This document shows positions 9,137 through 18,512 of a stretch of 64,000 nucleotides of DNA, piece by piece (position 1 is the first letter of the stretch; the number at the start of each line of letters is the position of its first letter). Where the stretch lies: assembly GCA_965202665.1 (NCBI GenBank), contig OZ241841.1, forward strand, positions 928,001 to 992,000, read 5' to 3'. The notes beneath the pieces are model-generated. The model did not search any database, was not told the origin of the DNA, and was given only the letters and a program-made list of their open reading frames with translations. The stretch comes from Candidatus Spongiisociaceae bacterium (GTDB taxonomy: Bacteria > Actinomycetota > Acidimicrobiia > Spongiisociales > Spongiisociaceae). A program made the position numbers and the translations under genes.

Positions 9137-11653
9137 TCAGGCGGGTCCGGCTCCTTCGACTATCTGGGTGTCGCCGGTGGCCGGGTCTTTCTCCAAGATG
9201 AGCAGGTCATCCACCCGCTCCCGCAACTCGGCCACATGCGACACCACCATCACCAAGCGGCGGTCGCTGTCCGCCACCAACCTTTCCACACCCTCCATCG
9301 CCAAATCCAGATGCTCCGGATCCAAAGTGCCGAACCCTTCATCCAGCATAAAGGCGTCCAGACGGCCACCCTCCCACCCCACCATCTCCGCCAAAGCCAG
9401 CGCCAACCCCAGCGAGGCCAGAAAAGTCTCGCCGCCGGACAAGGTATCGGAGCGGCGGGTCTGACCGGCGAAGTTTAGATCTATCACATCAAACTTGCCA
9501 TCCTCGGAAAACCGATATCTATCGGAGGACAGACGCTGAAAATACAAGGACCCTATCTCAGACAAAGCCATTCGTTCAGTATCCAACAAGAACTTAATGA
9601 AACCGGTATTGACAAGGTCTTTGGACAACCTATTGAAGTTCTCTTGTTTTGTCTGCTCGATTTGCTTTAGCTTTTCTAGTTGCTCACCACCGGCTACCTG
9701 CTCCTTTTTTCCTTTCAATTGATTTGACCATATCTGCTTTTGAGCTTCCACTTTTGTAATCTCTGTTTCTATAGAATCTTTTACCTCATGTTTAACGAGC
9801 AGAGCCTGCAATTGAGTATTGACATCTTTCAAACTTGTCTGTCCCTCTTGAATTTGGGCTTTCAATAGCGAAATGCTCCGGTCGTGCTCTTGACGGACAT
9901 CGTTCAATAGTGACCGGATGGCTGGTAGGTCGTCCCCAGTTCCAGGCGACTTCATTTCCAGTGAGGCGGCTAACCCAACCAGGTTGATCCATATCTTGCC
10001 CGCTTCACGCTTCGCGGTCTCCCCTACGACGCGGGCCTTCTCCTGCGCATCCAAAGCCTTCTCTTGCGCGGCGCGAGCTGAGATTGCTTTATCTCGTATA
10101 TCTTGGATGGCAACCCTTTCCTTTGCCAACAATTTCTCTGGATCGCCTTCACCCAGAAGACCTGCGAACTTACCCAAACACTCTTCCATCTCTTTTTGCG
10201 CTTCCGCTTGTACTCCGGCCTTGTCCTCAGCCTGAGTACGGGATGATTCCAAGTTGGCTTGCGCTCCTTCCAAGCGGGCTTTCGCCGCCTGATTGATCCC
10301 GGTTGCCGTCATTAGCTCGGAATCGGCCTCTTTGTCATCCGCCTCGGTTTGCTTGACCGCTTTCTCAGCCTCCGTCACTCCGGAAACCGTAACCGCCTGG
10401 GGTAACTCGTGCACCGGTTGCTCGCACACCGGGCAATCCCCGCCCGATTCCAAACCCGATCTCAATTCAGCGGCCATATCCCGGTGGCGGGCATCCAACA
10501 AATCCGCCCTCGCCTGCTCAAGCAGAGTTCCAGTCTCTTGTTTCCGCCTCTCGGCCTGGAGCACCCGGTCCTGGGCTGACTCCAACTCGCTACGGCACTG
10601 TTCCGTCTGCTTGTCGGCGTCGTCCCGTTGCCGTAACGCCTTAGTAGCCTCCTCATTAGCTCGCACCACTGCGGCCTTCAAACCCTTCAAACTAGCAATC
10701 AACAAGTCTGCCTCCCTGCAACTATCCGCCCTTTGTTGAAACTCAGACGATTTGACTATCTGGTCGGCTTCCTTTACTGCGTGAGAGGCATCCTTCAATC
10801 GGGTGCTGGCCTTCTCCGTCTTGGCCGTCGCCTGCTCCGCGGCCAATATCACCTTCTCGGATTCTTTCTTTTCAGGCAGACTCAGGTCTTCAACCGTTTC
10901 TAATTTCTTCCGGCAATCGGCTACTGCTGAATTTATCTTTTCTTTCCGTTTATTCAGTTCTTGGGACTCAGGCAACGCTTGGCTCAGTTGCTCGCAACGG
11001 GTTTGAGCAACTTGTATCAATTTTTCCAAATCCTCGCACTCTAATTGGGCTTGAACGATCTTCTGTAACTTCAAATCTAATTTTGCTATTTCGAGTTGCG
11101 CATCTTTCTCCCGTTCCTTGGCCAGCTCCTTCATCTTATCCAACCGCTCGAACCCAAACAAGCCTTTCAACACCTCGTCTCGTTTGGCGGGGCCCGCCTC
11201 CAAGAATTCGGCAAACCTACCTTGTGCTAACAGCACCGAACGGGTGAATGCGTCATAATCCAAACCTAACAATTCCTTTACTTTGTTATCCACCTGTCCG
11301 GCCATGACCCACTTTTCCACGGGTTCCGCGGAGTTGGCGTCGTGGCGGCTTAGGGCGTATTGGTTGCCTCCTTTGCGACGAATGCTACGGGTCGCCTCCC
11401 ACTCTCCCCCGGCCGCTTCGAATCGCAATCTGACCATCGCCTCCGCCTCCCGTTGGTTGATGAGGGAAGCGAAATTTTTCATACCCGTACGGGGCGTGCT
11501 TCCGTATAGGGCAAAGGTTATTGCATCTAGGATGGTGCTCTTGCCGGCTCCGGTCGGGCCTACAATCGCAATCAAGCGGCGGTCCCGGAAGTCAAACTTG
11601 TGCTCTCCGGAATAGGAGCGAAAGTTACGCAAACTTAGCTCAATGGGCCGCAT
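9137..11653 (-). CDS. sbcC: SbcC/Rad50 SMC-like ATPase
   Basis: MRPIELSLRNFRSY, GPTGAGKS, LAQGRF Q-loop, coiled coils with CPVC zinc hook, LSGGE signature, LDEGFGTLD, VSH. Confidence 0.93.
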   Translation of the reverse strand: MRPIELSLRNFRSYSGEHKFDFRDRRLIAIVGPTGAGKSTILDAITFALYGSTPRTGMKNFASLINQREAEAMVRLRFEAAGGEWEATRSIRRKGGNQYALSRHDANSAEPVEKWVMAGQVDNKVKELLGLDYDAFTRSVLLAQGRFAEFLEAGPAKRDEVLKGLFGFERLDKMKELAKEREKDAQLEIAKLDLKLQKIVQAQLECEDLEKLIQVAQTRCEQLSQALPESQELNKRKEKINSAVADCRKKLETVEDLSLPEKKESEKVILAAEQATAKTEKASTRLKDASHAVKEADQIVKSSEFQQRADSCREADLLIASLKGLKAAVVRANEEATKALRQRDDADKQTEQCRSELESAQDRVLQAERRKQETGTLLEQARADLLDARHRDMAAELRSGLESGGDCPVCEQPVHELPQAVTVSGVTEAEKAVKQTEADDKEADSELMTATGINQAAKARLEGAQANLESSRTQAEDKAGVQAEAQKEMEECLGKFAGLLGEGDPEKLLAKERVAIQDIRDKAISARAAQEKALDAQEKARVVGETAKREAGKIWINLVGLAASLEMKSPGTGDDLPAIRSLLNDVRQEHDRSISLLKAQIQEGQTSLKDVNTQLQALLVKHEVKDSIETEITKVEAQKQIWSNQLKGKKEQVAGGEQLEKLKQIEQTKQENFNRLSKDLVNTGFIKFLLDTERMALSEIGSLYFQRLSSDRYRFSEDGKFDVIDLNFAGQTRRSDTLSGGETFLASLGLALALAEMVGWEGGRLDAFMLDEGFGTLDPEHLDLAMEGVERLVADSDRRLVMVVSHVAELRERVDDLLILEKDPATGDTQIVEGAGPA

Positions 11654-12809
11654 GGGCAACCTCCTCCTCCAATTCCCGGAAGGCATCCGCCAGTCCTTTG
11701 GGGACCTCCACCCCGTTCTGTTGCTGGTAATAGTCGCCGTACAGTTCCACTAACGGCCTGCCGGAGCGAACCGGGCGTTCCTGCTCGGTACGGGGGTATT
11801 CGGCCCGCACCTTGACCATATACTCGAACTCGTTGCGGGCGCGATCAGCCAGACCGGGGTCGGGTCCACCGGTGTGAACTGTCAGGTCCAAGTAGGAGTC
11901 GTACACACCCGGTTTTTCCTTGATTTCGTCCCATGTCCCGCTAGGCCGGAGCAGGCGGCGACCGCCCTGCAAGTTCACCGGGCTTATCACGGCGGGTTGG
12001 CCCGGTTTCATGTCCACTATTACTACCCGCTTCTGCTCTCCGGCTTCGCCGAAGTCCATTTCCAGCAACGAACCGGCGTACTCAGCCGCCGCCGGGGCGT
12101 TCAGAACGGGTTGCGGGGCGTGGATATGTCCCATCGCCACGTACTGCGGGCCGGGCGGGATAGCCTGCGGGTCAGCGGCGTAGGTCTCGCCCATATGCAA
12201 CTCCCGCTCCCCGCGCGGAGCGCCATGTCCATGCACCTTGGATCCCCCTACCAGGAAATGGGCGACCAGTATGGTCACCGCATCCCTCCCAGCCACTTTC
12301 TCGGCGTGCTTGGAATAGCCGTGGGAGATGGCTTTCAGCCGTTCGGCGTACTTGCCGTATCGTTCCCCCGGGGGTTCCCATACATCGAACGTCAGTCCCT
12401 CTCTTAGAAAAGGGAAACAGGACACCACCGCCCGGCCGCCGGGGGTTTCCAAGTCCAGCACGCCGCCCTCCTCCGGGGGTTTGATTCTGCCCACCAAGCG
12501 AACGTTGCGGGGGGCCAGGAAAGGGGCCAGCACCTCAAAGAGTTTCGGGGAGTCGTGGTTGCCGGCTATGGCCACCACCGGGCGGCGGCCGCCGTCCGTT
12601 AGGCGTACTAGGGCCTCCAGCCCCAAGGACAGGTCTTCCATGCCGGGGATGGGCCGGTCGAACACATCCCCGCTGTTGACGACCAGATCCACTTCTTCCC
12701 GGTTGGCTATTTCCGCTACTTCGTCCAGAACCTCCCGGTACTCGTCGGTGCGGTCGAAGCGGCCCAGTTTCTTGCCGAGGTGCCAGTCGGATGTGTGCAG
12801 AATCTTCAT
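11640..12809 (-). CDS. sbcD: SbcD/Mre11 nuclease
   Basis: MKILHTSDWHLGK, SGDVFD, AGNHDS, AH, MGHIH, YAGS. Confidence 0.95.
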   Translation of the reverse strand: MKILHTSDWHLGKKLGRFDRTDEYREVLDEVAEIANREEVDLVVNSGDVFDRPIPGMEDLSLGLEALVRLTDGGRRPVVAIAGNHDSPKLFEVLAPFLAPRNVRLVGRIKPPEEGGVLDLETPGGRAVVSCFPFLREGLTFDVWEPPGERYGKYAERLKAISHGYSKHAEKVAGRDAVTILVAHFLVGGSKVHGHGAPRGERELHMGETYAADPQAIPPGPQYVAMGHIHAPQPVLNAPAAAEYAGSLLEMDFGEAGEQKRVVIVDMKPGQPAVISPVNLQGGRRLLRPSGTWDEIKEKPGVYDSYLDLTVHTGGPDPGLADRARNEFEYMVKVRAEYPRTEQERPVRSGRPLVELYGDYYQQQNGVEVPKGLADAFRELEEEVAHAAH

Positions 12810-12826
12810 CTTCGTCCTCCTGTTGC

Positions 12827-14560
12827 TTACAAATCCCGGAAGGGGTCTTCTTCTTGGCCGGCGTCCACCTCTTCGGCGCGGGTGGCCCAGGGCGGGAAGG
12901 GGAACTCCAACACCAGCGGCATGGGAATGGAGGGCTGGGAGAGCACCATCGTCCCCGGTTTCAGCAACCTGGCCCGGGCGCGGGTGGAAGGGAGCATCCA
13001 GCCGTACTCGGATCGTTCCGCCTCGGCCGAATCCAGCCGTCCCGCCGCCCGCAGGGCGGCGTTTTCCAGCACTTCCGGGGCCACCCGGGAGGCGGACTGC
13101 TGGGCCCCCACCAGCAACACCCCCAGCGACCGTCCCCGTTGGGCGATGTCGATCAGCATCTCCTTGAGCGGGCTGCGCCCCTCGCGGGGGGCGTACTTGT
13201 TCAGCTCGTCCAGCACCACCACCGACAGGGGAAGGCGCCGCCCCAAATCTTCCTTCTCGTTCCAAGTTTCCTGCAGCAACGCCCCCACCACGAACCGTTG
13301 CCCCAGGTCGTGCAGGTTGTGAATGTCCACCACCGTCACTTGGGCCCGGCGGCGGTCGATGCGACGGGACTCTCCGTCCCGCACCAGATGCCCCAAACGA
13401 TGGGAGGCGCTGTACAGGCGGCGTATAAAAGCGGAGATGGTGCCCGCCTGCACCCGGCCCGACCAGGCGTAGTCCGGTTCGCCCCCGTCCTCCGGTTCCA
13501 GAAACTCCTCCAAAGCCTCCACCAGATCCGACAAGGTGCGGATGACCCGCTCCCCGGGGGCGGCCTTCACTTGCTCGCCCTTTTTTATTCCCTCGCTGGG
13601 CGGGCGCAACACCACCGCCCCCGGTCGGCCCGCCACGTCCGCCGCCCACTTCTGCAACTGGGCCCGCACCCGTTCCTCCACGAACGACACCTGGTTGCGA
13701 ATGTCGGAGGCGTCGGTGAACAGGAACGCCAGCAACCCTTCGTCTATGAACTCGCGGGGGGTCCACGCAAAGGTCTCGATCCCCGTCATGCGCCCCCCGG
13801 TGTCGGGCAAGGTCACATCCCCCGAACGGCGCCGGGGAGGGGCCCAGAAACCGACCGAGGGAAACGGCTCCGGTTCCACCCCCAAGCTGCGCCACATCTC
13901 CTCCGACTCCCCGGTGAACATGCTGTTGGGCTTGTCCAAATGCAACAGGTCTTCGCCTTTCACGTTGAACACCAGCACCCGCAGGTTGGAGGCCGCCGCC
14001 CCCACCAGGTCGTGGCGGGCGGTGAGCATGCGCAGGAAAAACAGGGCGTAGGAGGTTTTGGTCGCCACCCCCGAAACCCCGGAAATGGACATATGCCCGC
14101 CTTTGGTCCCGTCGAAGAAATCCAAATCGGCGAAAATGGGGTGGCCGTCCCGCCCGACGCCCACCGGCAGGGGCCGTCCCATCTCATCGGCGTAGAGGGC
14201 CTTTTCCCGTTCGGCGCCGGCCGCCCGGCGCACCTCCCTCCCCGGATCGGGGGCCACCCACAGCTCCGGATCCACCCTGGTCACCGCCACCTGCGCGGAG
14301 CGGATGCGGGCGGCGGGCAGGATGCCCTGCTCGGCGATGCGAAGGGTGTCCGAATCGAAGGAGGCCCCCTCGTAGATCCCCTCCGACTCGGTCACGATCC
14401 CGTAGGTGCGCACCTCCCCCGCGCCCGGCACCTCGGTGGTCACCACCACCAGGTCGTCCAAAGCCAAATAGCTGTCTTCGTTCAGCAACACCCGGAACTG
14501 TCCGGTGGTGGCCGCCTCCCTGGTGGCCAGCACCCGGCCCACTGCTTGCTCGTCGCTCAT
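12827..14560 (-). CDS. herA: HerA-like ATPase/helicase
   Basis: N-terminal HAS-barrel-like region, HMSISGVSGVATKT Walker A variant, FNVKGEDL, VVLDELNKYAP Walker B, RGRSLG..LVGAQQ. Confidence 0.88.
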   Translation of the reverse strand: MSDEQAVGRVLATREAATTGQFRVLLNEDSYLALDDLVVVTTEVPGAGEVRTYGIVTESEGIYEGASFDSDTLRIAEQGILPAARIRSAQVAVTRVDPELWVAPDPGREVRRAAGAEREKALYADEMGRPLPVGVGRDGHPIFADLDFFDGTKGGHMSISGVSGVATKTSYALFFLRMLTARHDLVGAAASNLRVLVFNVKGEDLLHLDKPNSMFTGESEEMWRSLGVEPEPFPSVGFWAPPRRRSGDVTLPDTGGRMTGIETFAWTPREFIDEGLLAFLFTDASDIRNQVSFVEERVRAQLQKWAADVAGRPGAVVLRPPSEGIKKGEQVKAAPGERVIRTLSDLVEALEEFLEPEDGGEPDYAWSGRVQAGTISAFIRRLYSASHRLGHLVRDGESRRIDRRRAQVTVVDIHNLHDLGQRFVVGALLQETWNEKEDLGRRLPLSVVVLDELNKYAPREGRSPLKEMLIDIAQRGRSLGVLLVGAQQSASRVAPEVLENAALRAAGRLDSAEAERSEYGWMLPSTRARARLLKPGTMVLSQPSIPMPLVLEFPFPPWATRAEEVDAGQEEDPFRDL

Positions 14561-15630
14561 AACTCCTCCTCCGTACGCCAATCCCGCTCCTCCGCCCACT
14601 CCTCCTCCCCTCCATCCTGGTGCTCTTCCCCGGGGGCGGGAGCGACGGCCAGCGAACCATCCGCCACCGCCTCCCGCACCAGCCGCTCCACCATCCGGGA
14701 ATCCCCCATTAACTTGCGCAACTCCCGTTCCAAGGCGGCGATGGGAACCAGGTTTTGCGGAGCGCGGGCGTCGACCTGCTTGGGGGCGGCCAGCCGGGGG
14801 AGCAGGGCGGCGGTGGCCCCGGCCAGGTTTACGGCCGCTTCCAAGCCGTCTTCGGCCGTCACCTCGCACCGGGCGATCCCCGCCCAGGGGGAACCGAAGG
14901 GGACTTCCGCCAAGTTCAGATACCAAGAGTAAAGGGGATGTTTGCCCCCGATCGCAAACACCGGCGTCCGCTCCCCCGCCGCCAACCGCCCCACCAACGG
15001 CAAATGCAGTCCCTCCAGGTAAATGGCCTGTTGGCTTTTGACATAGCCGACCACCGACCCGGGGGCCCCGTAACTGAGTCGCCCGTCGGCCACCACCAAC
15101 CGGCCTTCGGCGCCGGCCAACTCTTCGGCCAGCCCGGCCTCCGCCTGCCTCATCCGCTCCTGCGTGAAATCCATCAAGTCCAAATGCTGATCGCCGGGGA
15201 CGGAGAACGGCGCAGAATCCAAACCGCCCAGCCCCGCCGTCCGCGCCATCCGGCCTTTGCCCATCACCACCATCCGTTCCGCCCGTTGCGTCCCAAACCA
15301 GGAGGCCTTTTCCGCCGGACGCCAAAAGACCGCCCCGACCCCGAAAGTGGCCACCAAGCCGGGTATCGGCCCTTCGAACGGCTCCATCAACGTCAACCGG
15401 GCGTCCGCCCGCCGCACCCCGTCCACTATCGCAACCTCCGCAAACCGGACGTCCGGCGAACCGGGCATGGCCCGCCAATGGTCGGTTTCCACGGTGGTGT
15501 CCACCAAGTCGGCCAGGTTGCGGTCATCCGGAGCGTCCAGCGACGGCCCGTATTCGGGCGACCAGTCATCCACGTAGATGCGTCCCGGCTGGCCGATGAC
15601 GGGCCCGGCGGAGGCGGTTGAATCGTTCAT
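14557..15630 (-). CDS. nurA: NurA-like nuclease
   Basis: AIVDGVRR, VADGRL, GYVKS, RAPQNLVPIAALERELR; translationally coupled to herA. Confidence 0.75.
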   Translation of the reverse strand: MNDSTASAGPVIGQPGRIYVDDWSPEYGPSLDAPDDRNLADLVDTTVETDHWRAMPGSPDVRFAEVAIVDGVRRADARLTLMEPFEGPIPGLVATFGVGAVFWRPAEKASWFGTQRAERMVVMGKGRMARTAGLGGLDSAPFSVPGDQHLDLMDFTQERMRQAEAGLAEELAGAEGRLVVADGRLSYGAPGSVVGYVKSQQAIYLEGLHLPLVGRLAAGERTPVFAIGGKHPLYSWYLNLAEVPFGSPWAGIARCEVTAEDGLEAAVNLAGATAALLPRLAAPKQVDARAPQNLVPIAALERELRKLMGDSRMVERLVREAVADGSLAVAPAPGEEHQDGGEEEWAEERDWRTEEEL

Positions 15631-15712
15631 AAGACACCCATCATAAATTAGGGGTGTGTCAAATTGGACAGCTGCAGGAAAGAGGGCCGACGGGCGCCGG
15701 CCTCGGGCGGAC

Positions 15713-16705
15713 TCAGGCGAGGCCGATCAGGCTGCGCACCCGCCTGATGGAGTCCCCGGCGGAGGCGCGGGCCCGCTCCGCTCCCGCCTCCATCACCGCC
15801 TCCGCCTCGGCGTCCCCCATGCCCTCATAGGCGAGGCGTAGCGGGGCCAATCCTTCGATCACCGCCTCCGCCACCGCCTCCTTGAACCGCCCGTAGCCCG
15901 CATCGGCGTATTCGTCCGCCAAGTCATCCACCGCCCGGCCGGTGTACACGGCCAGCATGTCCAGCAGGTTGCTGATTCCCGGCTTGCGTTCCACGTCGTA
16001 GGCGACGACCGCCTCCGAGTCGGTCACCGCCGACCTTATCTTGGCGGCGATCGCATCCGGGGAGTCCATCACCAAAATCCGGGAGCGCCCGTCCGGATCC
16101 GACTTGGACATTTTGGCGGTCGGGTCGGTGAGGGACATCACCCGCGCCCCCACTCCGGGGGTGATCTGCTCGGGCGGGGGGAAAAAGTCGCCGTAGCGGG
16201 AGTTGAAACGTTCCGCCAGGTCGCGGGTGAACTCCAGATGCTGCGTCTGGTCGTCCCCCACCGGGACGGCGTGCGCCCGGTGGATCATAATGTCGGCCGC
16301 CATCAGCACCGGGTAGGAGAACAGCCCCAGGTTCTGGGCCCCCTTGTCGCCTTTCTCCTTGTACTGGGTCATCCGCCCCAGGTGGCCCATGGAGGCCAAA
16401 GTCCCCAAAATCCAGGACAACTCGGCGTGCTGCGGGACCCGGCTTTGAAAATAGAGCATGGAACGTTGCGGGTCGATGCCGGAGGCCAGCAGGAGCTTGG
16501 CGGTGCGAAGGCGGGCCGCGGCCAACTCCCGCGGGTCCTGCGGGAGAGTGAGGGCGTGCAGGTCCACCACGCAGTAGATGGCGTCGTATTCGTCCTGCAA
16601 GGCCACCCAGTTGCGCAAAGCCCCCAAATGGTTGCCGATGTGGATGTCCCCGGTGGGCTGAATGCCTGAAAACACCCGCCGCCGCGCCCGGTCGCGCTCA
16701 GACAT
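15713..16705 (-). CDS. trpS: Tryptophan--tRNA ligase
   Basis: FSGIQPTG, HIGN, YPVLMAADI, VPVGDDQTQH, KMSKS. Confidence 0.97.
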   Translation of the reverse strand: MSERDRARRRVFSGIQPTGDIHIGNHLGALRNWVALQDEYDAIYCVVDLHALTLPQDPRELAAARLRTAKLLLASGIDPQRSMLYFQSRVPQHAELSWILGTLASMGHLGRMTQYKEKGDKGAQNLGLFSYPVLMAADIMIHRAHAVPVGDDQTQHLEFTRDLAERFNSRYGDFFPPPEQITPGVGARVMSLTDPTAKMSKSDPDGRSRILVMDSPDAIAAKIRSAVTDSEAVVAYDVERKPGISNLLDMLAVYTGRAVDDLADEYADAGYGRFKEAVAEAVIEGLAPLRLAYEGMGDAEAEAVMEAGAERARASAGDSIRRVRSLIGLA

Positions 16706-16766
16706 TCTCCCTCCCAACGGGTCGCCGTTTCATCCCGGCTAGATTAGCGATGAAAGGCGGTCGGGC

Positions 16767-16795
16767 TTGACATCGGGCGGGGGGTCCGCCATACT
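16767..16795 (+). promoter_or_regulatory. Sigma70-type promoter of cimA leader
   Basis: TTGACA (16767-16772), 17 bp spacer, CATACT (16790-16795). Confidence 0.75.
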
Positions 16796-16802
16796 GGGGG
16801 CA

Positions 16803-16835
16803 ATGCACCATACTTCTGGTTCCATTATCGACTAG
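16803..16835 (+). CDS. Putative leaderless leader peptide MHHTSGSIID (tandem Ile)
   Basis: ATG 7 nt after the -10 box; ATT ATC codons just before TAG; upstream of an Ile-pathway enzyme. Confidence 0.65.
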   Translation: MHHTSGSIID

Positions 16836-16899
16836 GGACGGCGGGACATATCCCGCTCCGTCCCCCCAACCCTGCGCCATGGCGGAGGGTTTCTTTTTT
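16835..16899 (+). terminator. Attenuator: hairpin 1 followed by intrinsic terminator
   Basis: GGGACGGCGGGA..TCCCGCTCCGTCCC hairpin, then AACCCTGCGC..GCGGAGGGTT hairpin plus TCTTTTTT. Confidence 0.75.
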
Positions 16900-16940
16900 A
16901 GGGGCCGGAGCGGCCCGCCCGCCGATCCGGGAGAAGAAAC

Positions 16941-18512
16941 ATGGCCCACCCCCAACTGGAAATTTACGACACCACCTTGCGCGACGGATCGCAACAGGAG
17001 GGTATTTCCCTGACCGTTTCCGACAAGCTGCGGGTGGCGGCCCTGCTCGATGACTTGGGGGTGGGATACGTGGAGGGCGGATGGCCCGGCTCCAACCCCA
17101 AGGACAGCGAGTTCTTCAAACGGGCCCGCTCGGAACTGAACCTGCGCCGGGCGGTTCTCACCGCCTTCGGCTCCACCCGCCGCCCCCGGGGCGACGTCAA
17201 CGGCGATCCGCAACTGCTGGCCCTGTTGGAGGCCGAAACCCCGGTCATCTGCCTGGTGGGGAAAGCCTGGGATTACCATGTGCGGGAGGCCCTGCGCACC
17301 GACTTGGACGATGGGGCGGCCATGGTGGGCGAATCCGTTGAATACCTGCGGCAACATGACCGGGAAGTGTTTTTCGACGCCGAACATTTCTTCGACGGAT
17401 ACGCGGCCAACCCCGACTTTTCGCTGGCCGTGCTGCGGGCCGCCCACCAAGCGGGGGCTTCCCGTTTGGTGCTGTGCGACACCAACGGCGGGCGCCTCCC
17501 CCGGGAAATCGGGGAGGCGGTGGAACGGGTGCAGGCCGAACTGCCCCAGGCCGAGTTGGGAGTCCATTTCCACAACGACGCCGGATGCGCGGTGGCTTCC
17601 TCTTTGCTGGCGGTGGAGCGGGGGGTGCGACAGGTGCAAGGCTGCGTCAACGGCTACGGGGAGCGCACCGGCAACACCAACCTGTCCACCCTCATCCCCG
17701 ACTTGGTGCTGAAAATGGGCATCCCGGCGCTGGACGAAGACCGCTTGGAGCAAATTTCCCCCATCTCCCACCACATCGCCGAAATCGTCAACATCAGCCT
17801 GGACCCGCACCGGCCCTACGTGGGGGCCTCCGCCTTCACCCACAAGGCCGGCCTGCACACTTCGGCCCTGGCCCGGCGGTCGGACGCCTACGAACACCAG
17901 AACCCGTCCGCGGTCGGCAACCGCACCCGCATGGTGGTGTCGGAACTGTCCGGACGGGCCACCATCGTCAACAAGGCGAAGTCCCTGGGAATCGAGGTGA
18001 CCGACGAGCAGATCGGGGCGGTGCTGGATGAAATCAAGCACATGGAATACCGGGGCTATCACTTTGAGGCGGCCGACGGGTCATTCGAGTTGCTGTTGCG
18101 GCGCTCCACCGGCTGGGAGCAGGATTTTTTCAGCCTGGAATCCTTCCGGGTGTTCACCGAACGGCGATCCAACGAGGAGATAGTGGCCGAAGCCACGGTG
18201 AAACTGGTGGTGCAAGGCGAGCGGATCGTCACCTTGGGGGAGGGCAACGGGCCGGTCAACGCCTTGGACCACGCCCTGCGCCGGGGTTTGGCGGCCTGCT
18301 ACCCGACGGTGGGGGAGTTGCGTTTGACCAACTATCTGGTGCGGGTGCTGGACTCCACCGAATCCACCGGCGCCACCGTGCGGGTCTTCATAGAGATGAC
18401 CAACGGAACGGACACCTGGGGTTCCATCGGGGTGCATCCCAACCTGATCGAAGCCTCCTGGCAGGCGCTGGTGGACGGGATCGTGGTGGGTTTGATAAAG
18501 GAGGGGCGGTGA
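16941..18512 (+). CDS. cimA: Citramalate synthase (LeuA family)
   Basis: YDTTLRDGSQQEG, EGGWPGSNPKD, FFDAEHFFDG, HFHND, NGYGERTGN, FEAADGSFELL, GNGPVNALD. Confidence 0.93.
   Translation: MAHPQLEIYDTTLRDGSQQEGISLTVSDKLRVAALLDDLGVGYVEGGWPGSNPKDSEFFKRARSELNLRRAVLTAFGSTRRPRGDVNGDPQLLALLEAETPVICLVGKAWDYHVREALRTDLDDGAAMVGESVEYLRQHDREVFFDAEHFFDGYAANPDFSLAVLRAAHQAGASRLVLCDTNGGRLPREIGEAVERVQAELPQAELGVHFHNDAGCAVASSLLAVERGVRQVQGCVNGYGERTGNTNLSTLIPDLVLKMGIPALDEDRLEQISPISHHIAEIVNISLDPHRPYVGASAFTHKAGLHTSALARRSDAYEHQNPSAVGNRTRMVVSELSGRATIVNKAKSLGIEVTDEQIGAVLDEIKHMEYRGYHFEAADGSFELLLRRSTGWEQDFFSLESFRVFTERRSNEEIVAEATVKLVVQGERIVTLGEGNGPVNALDHALRRGLAACYPTVGELRLTNYLVRVLDSTESTGATVRVFIEMTNGTDTWGSIGVHPNLIEASWQALVDGIVVGLIKEGR

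Noticed and set aside
11640-15478. Long N-terminal extensions or fusions in the ORF track (sbcD 751 aa, herA 883 aa; also RACo 1035 aa, AcnX 637 aa, tsaB 409 aa)
   Set aside because: Extensions are off-frame read-through of upstream genes; true starts coincide with stop/start overlaps or RBSs
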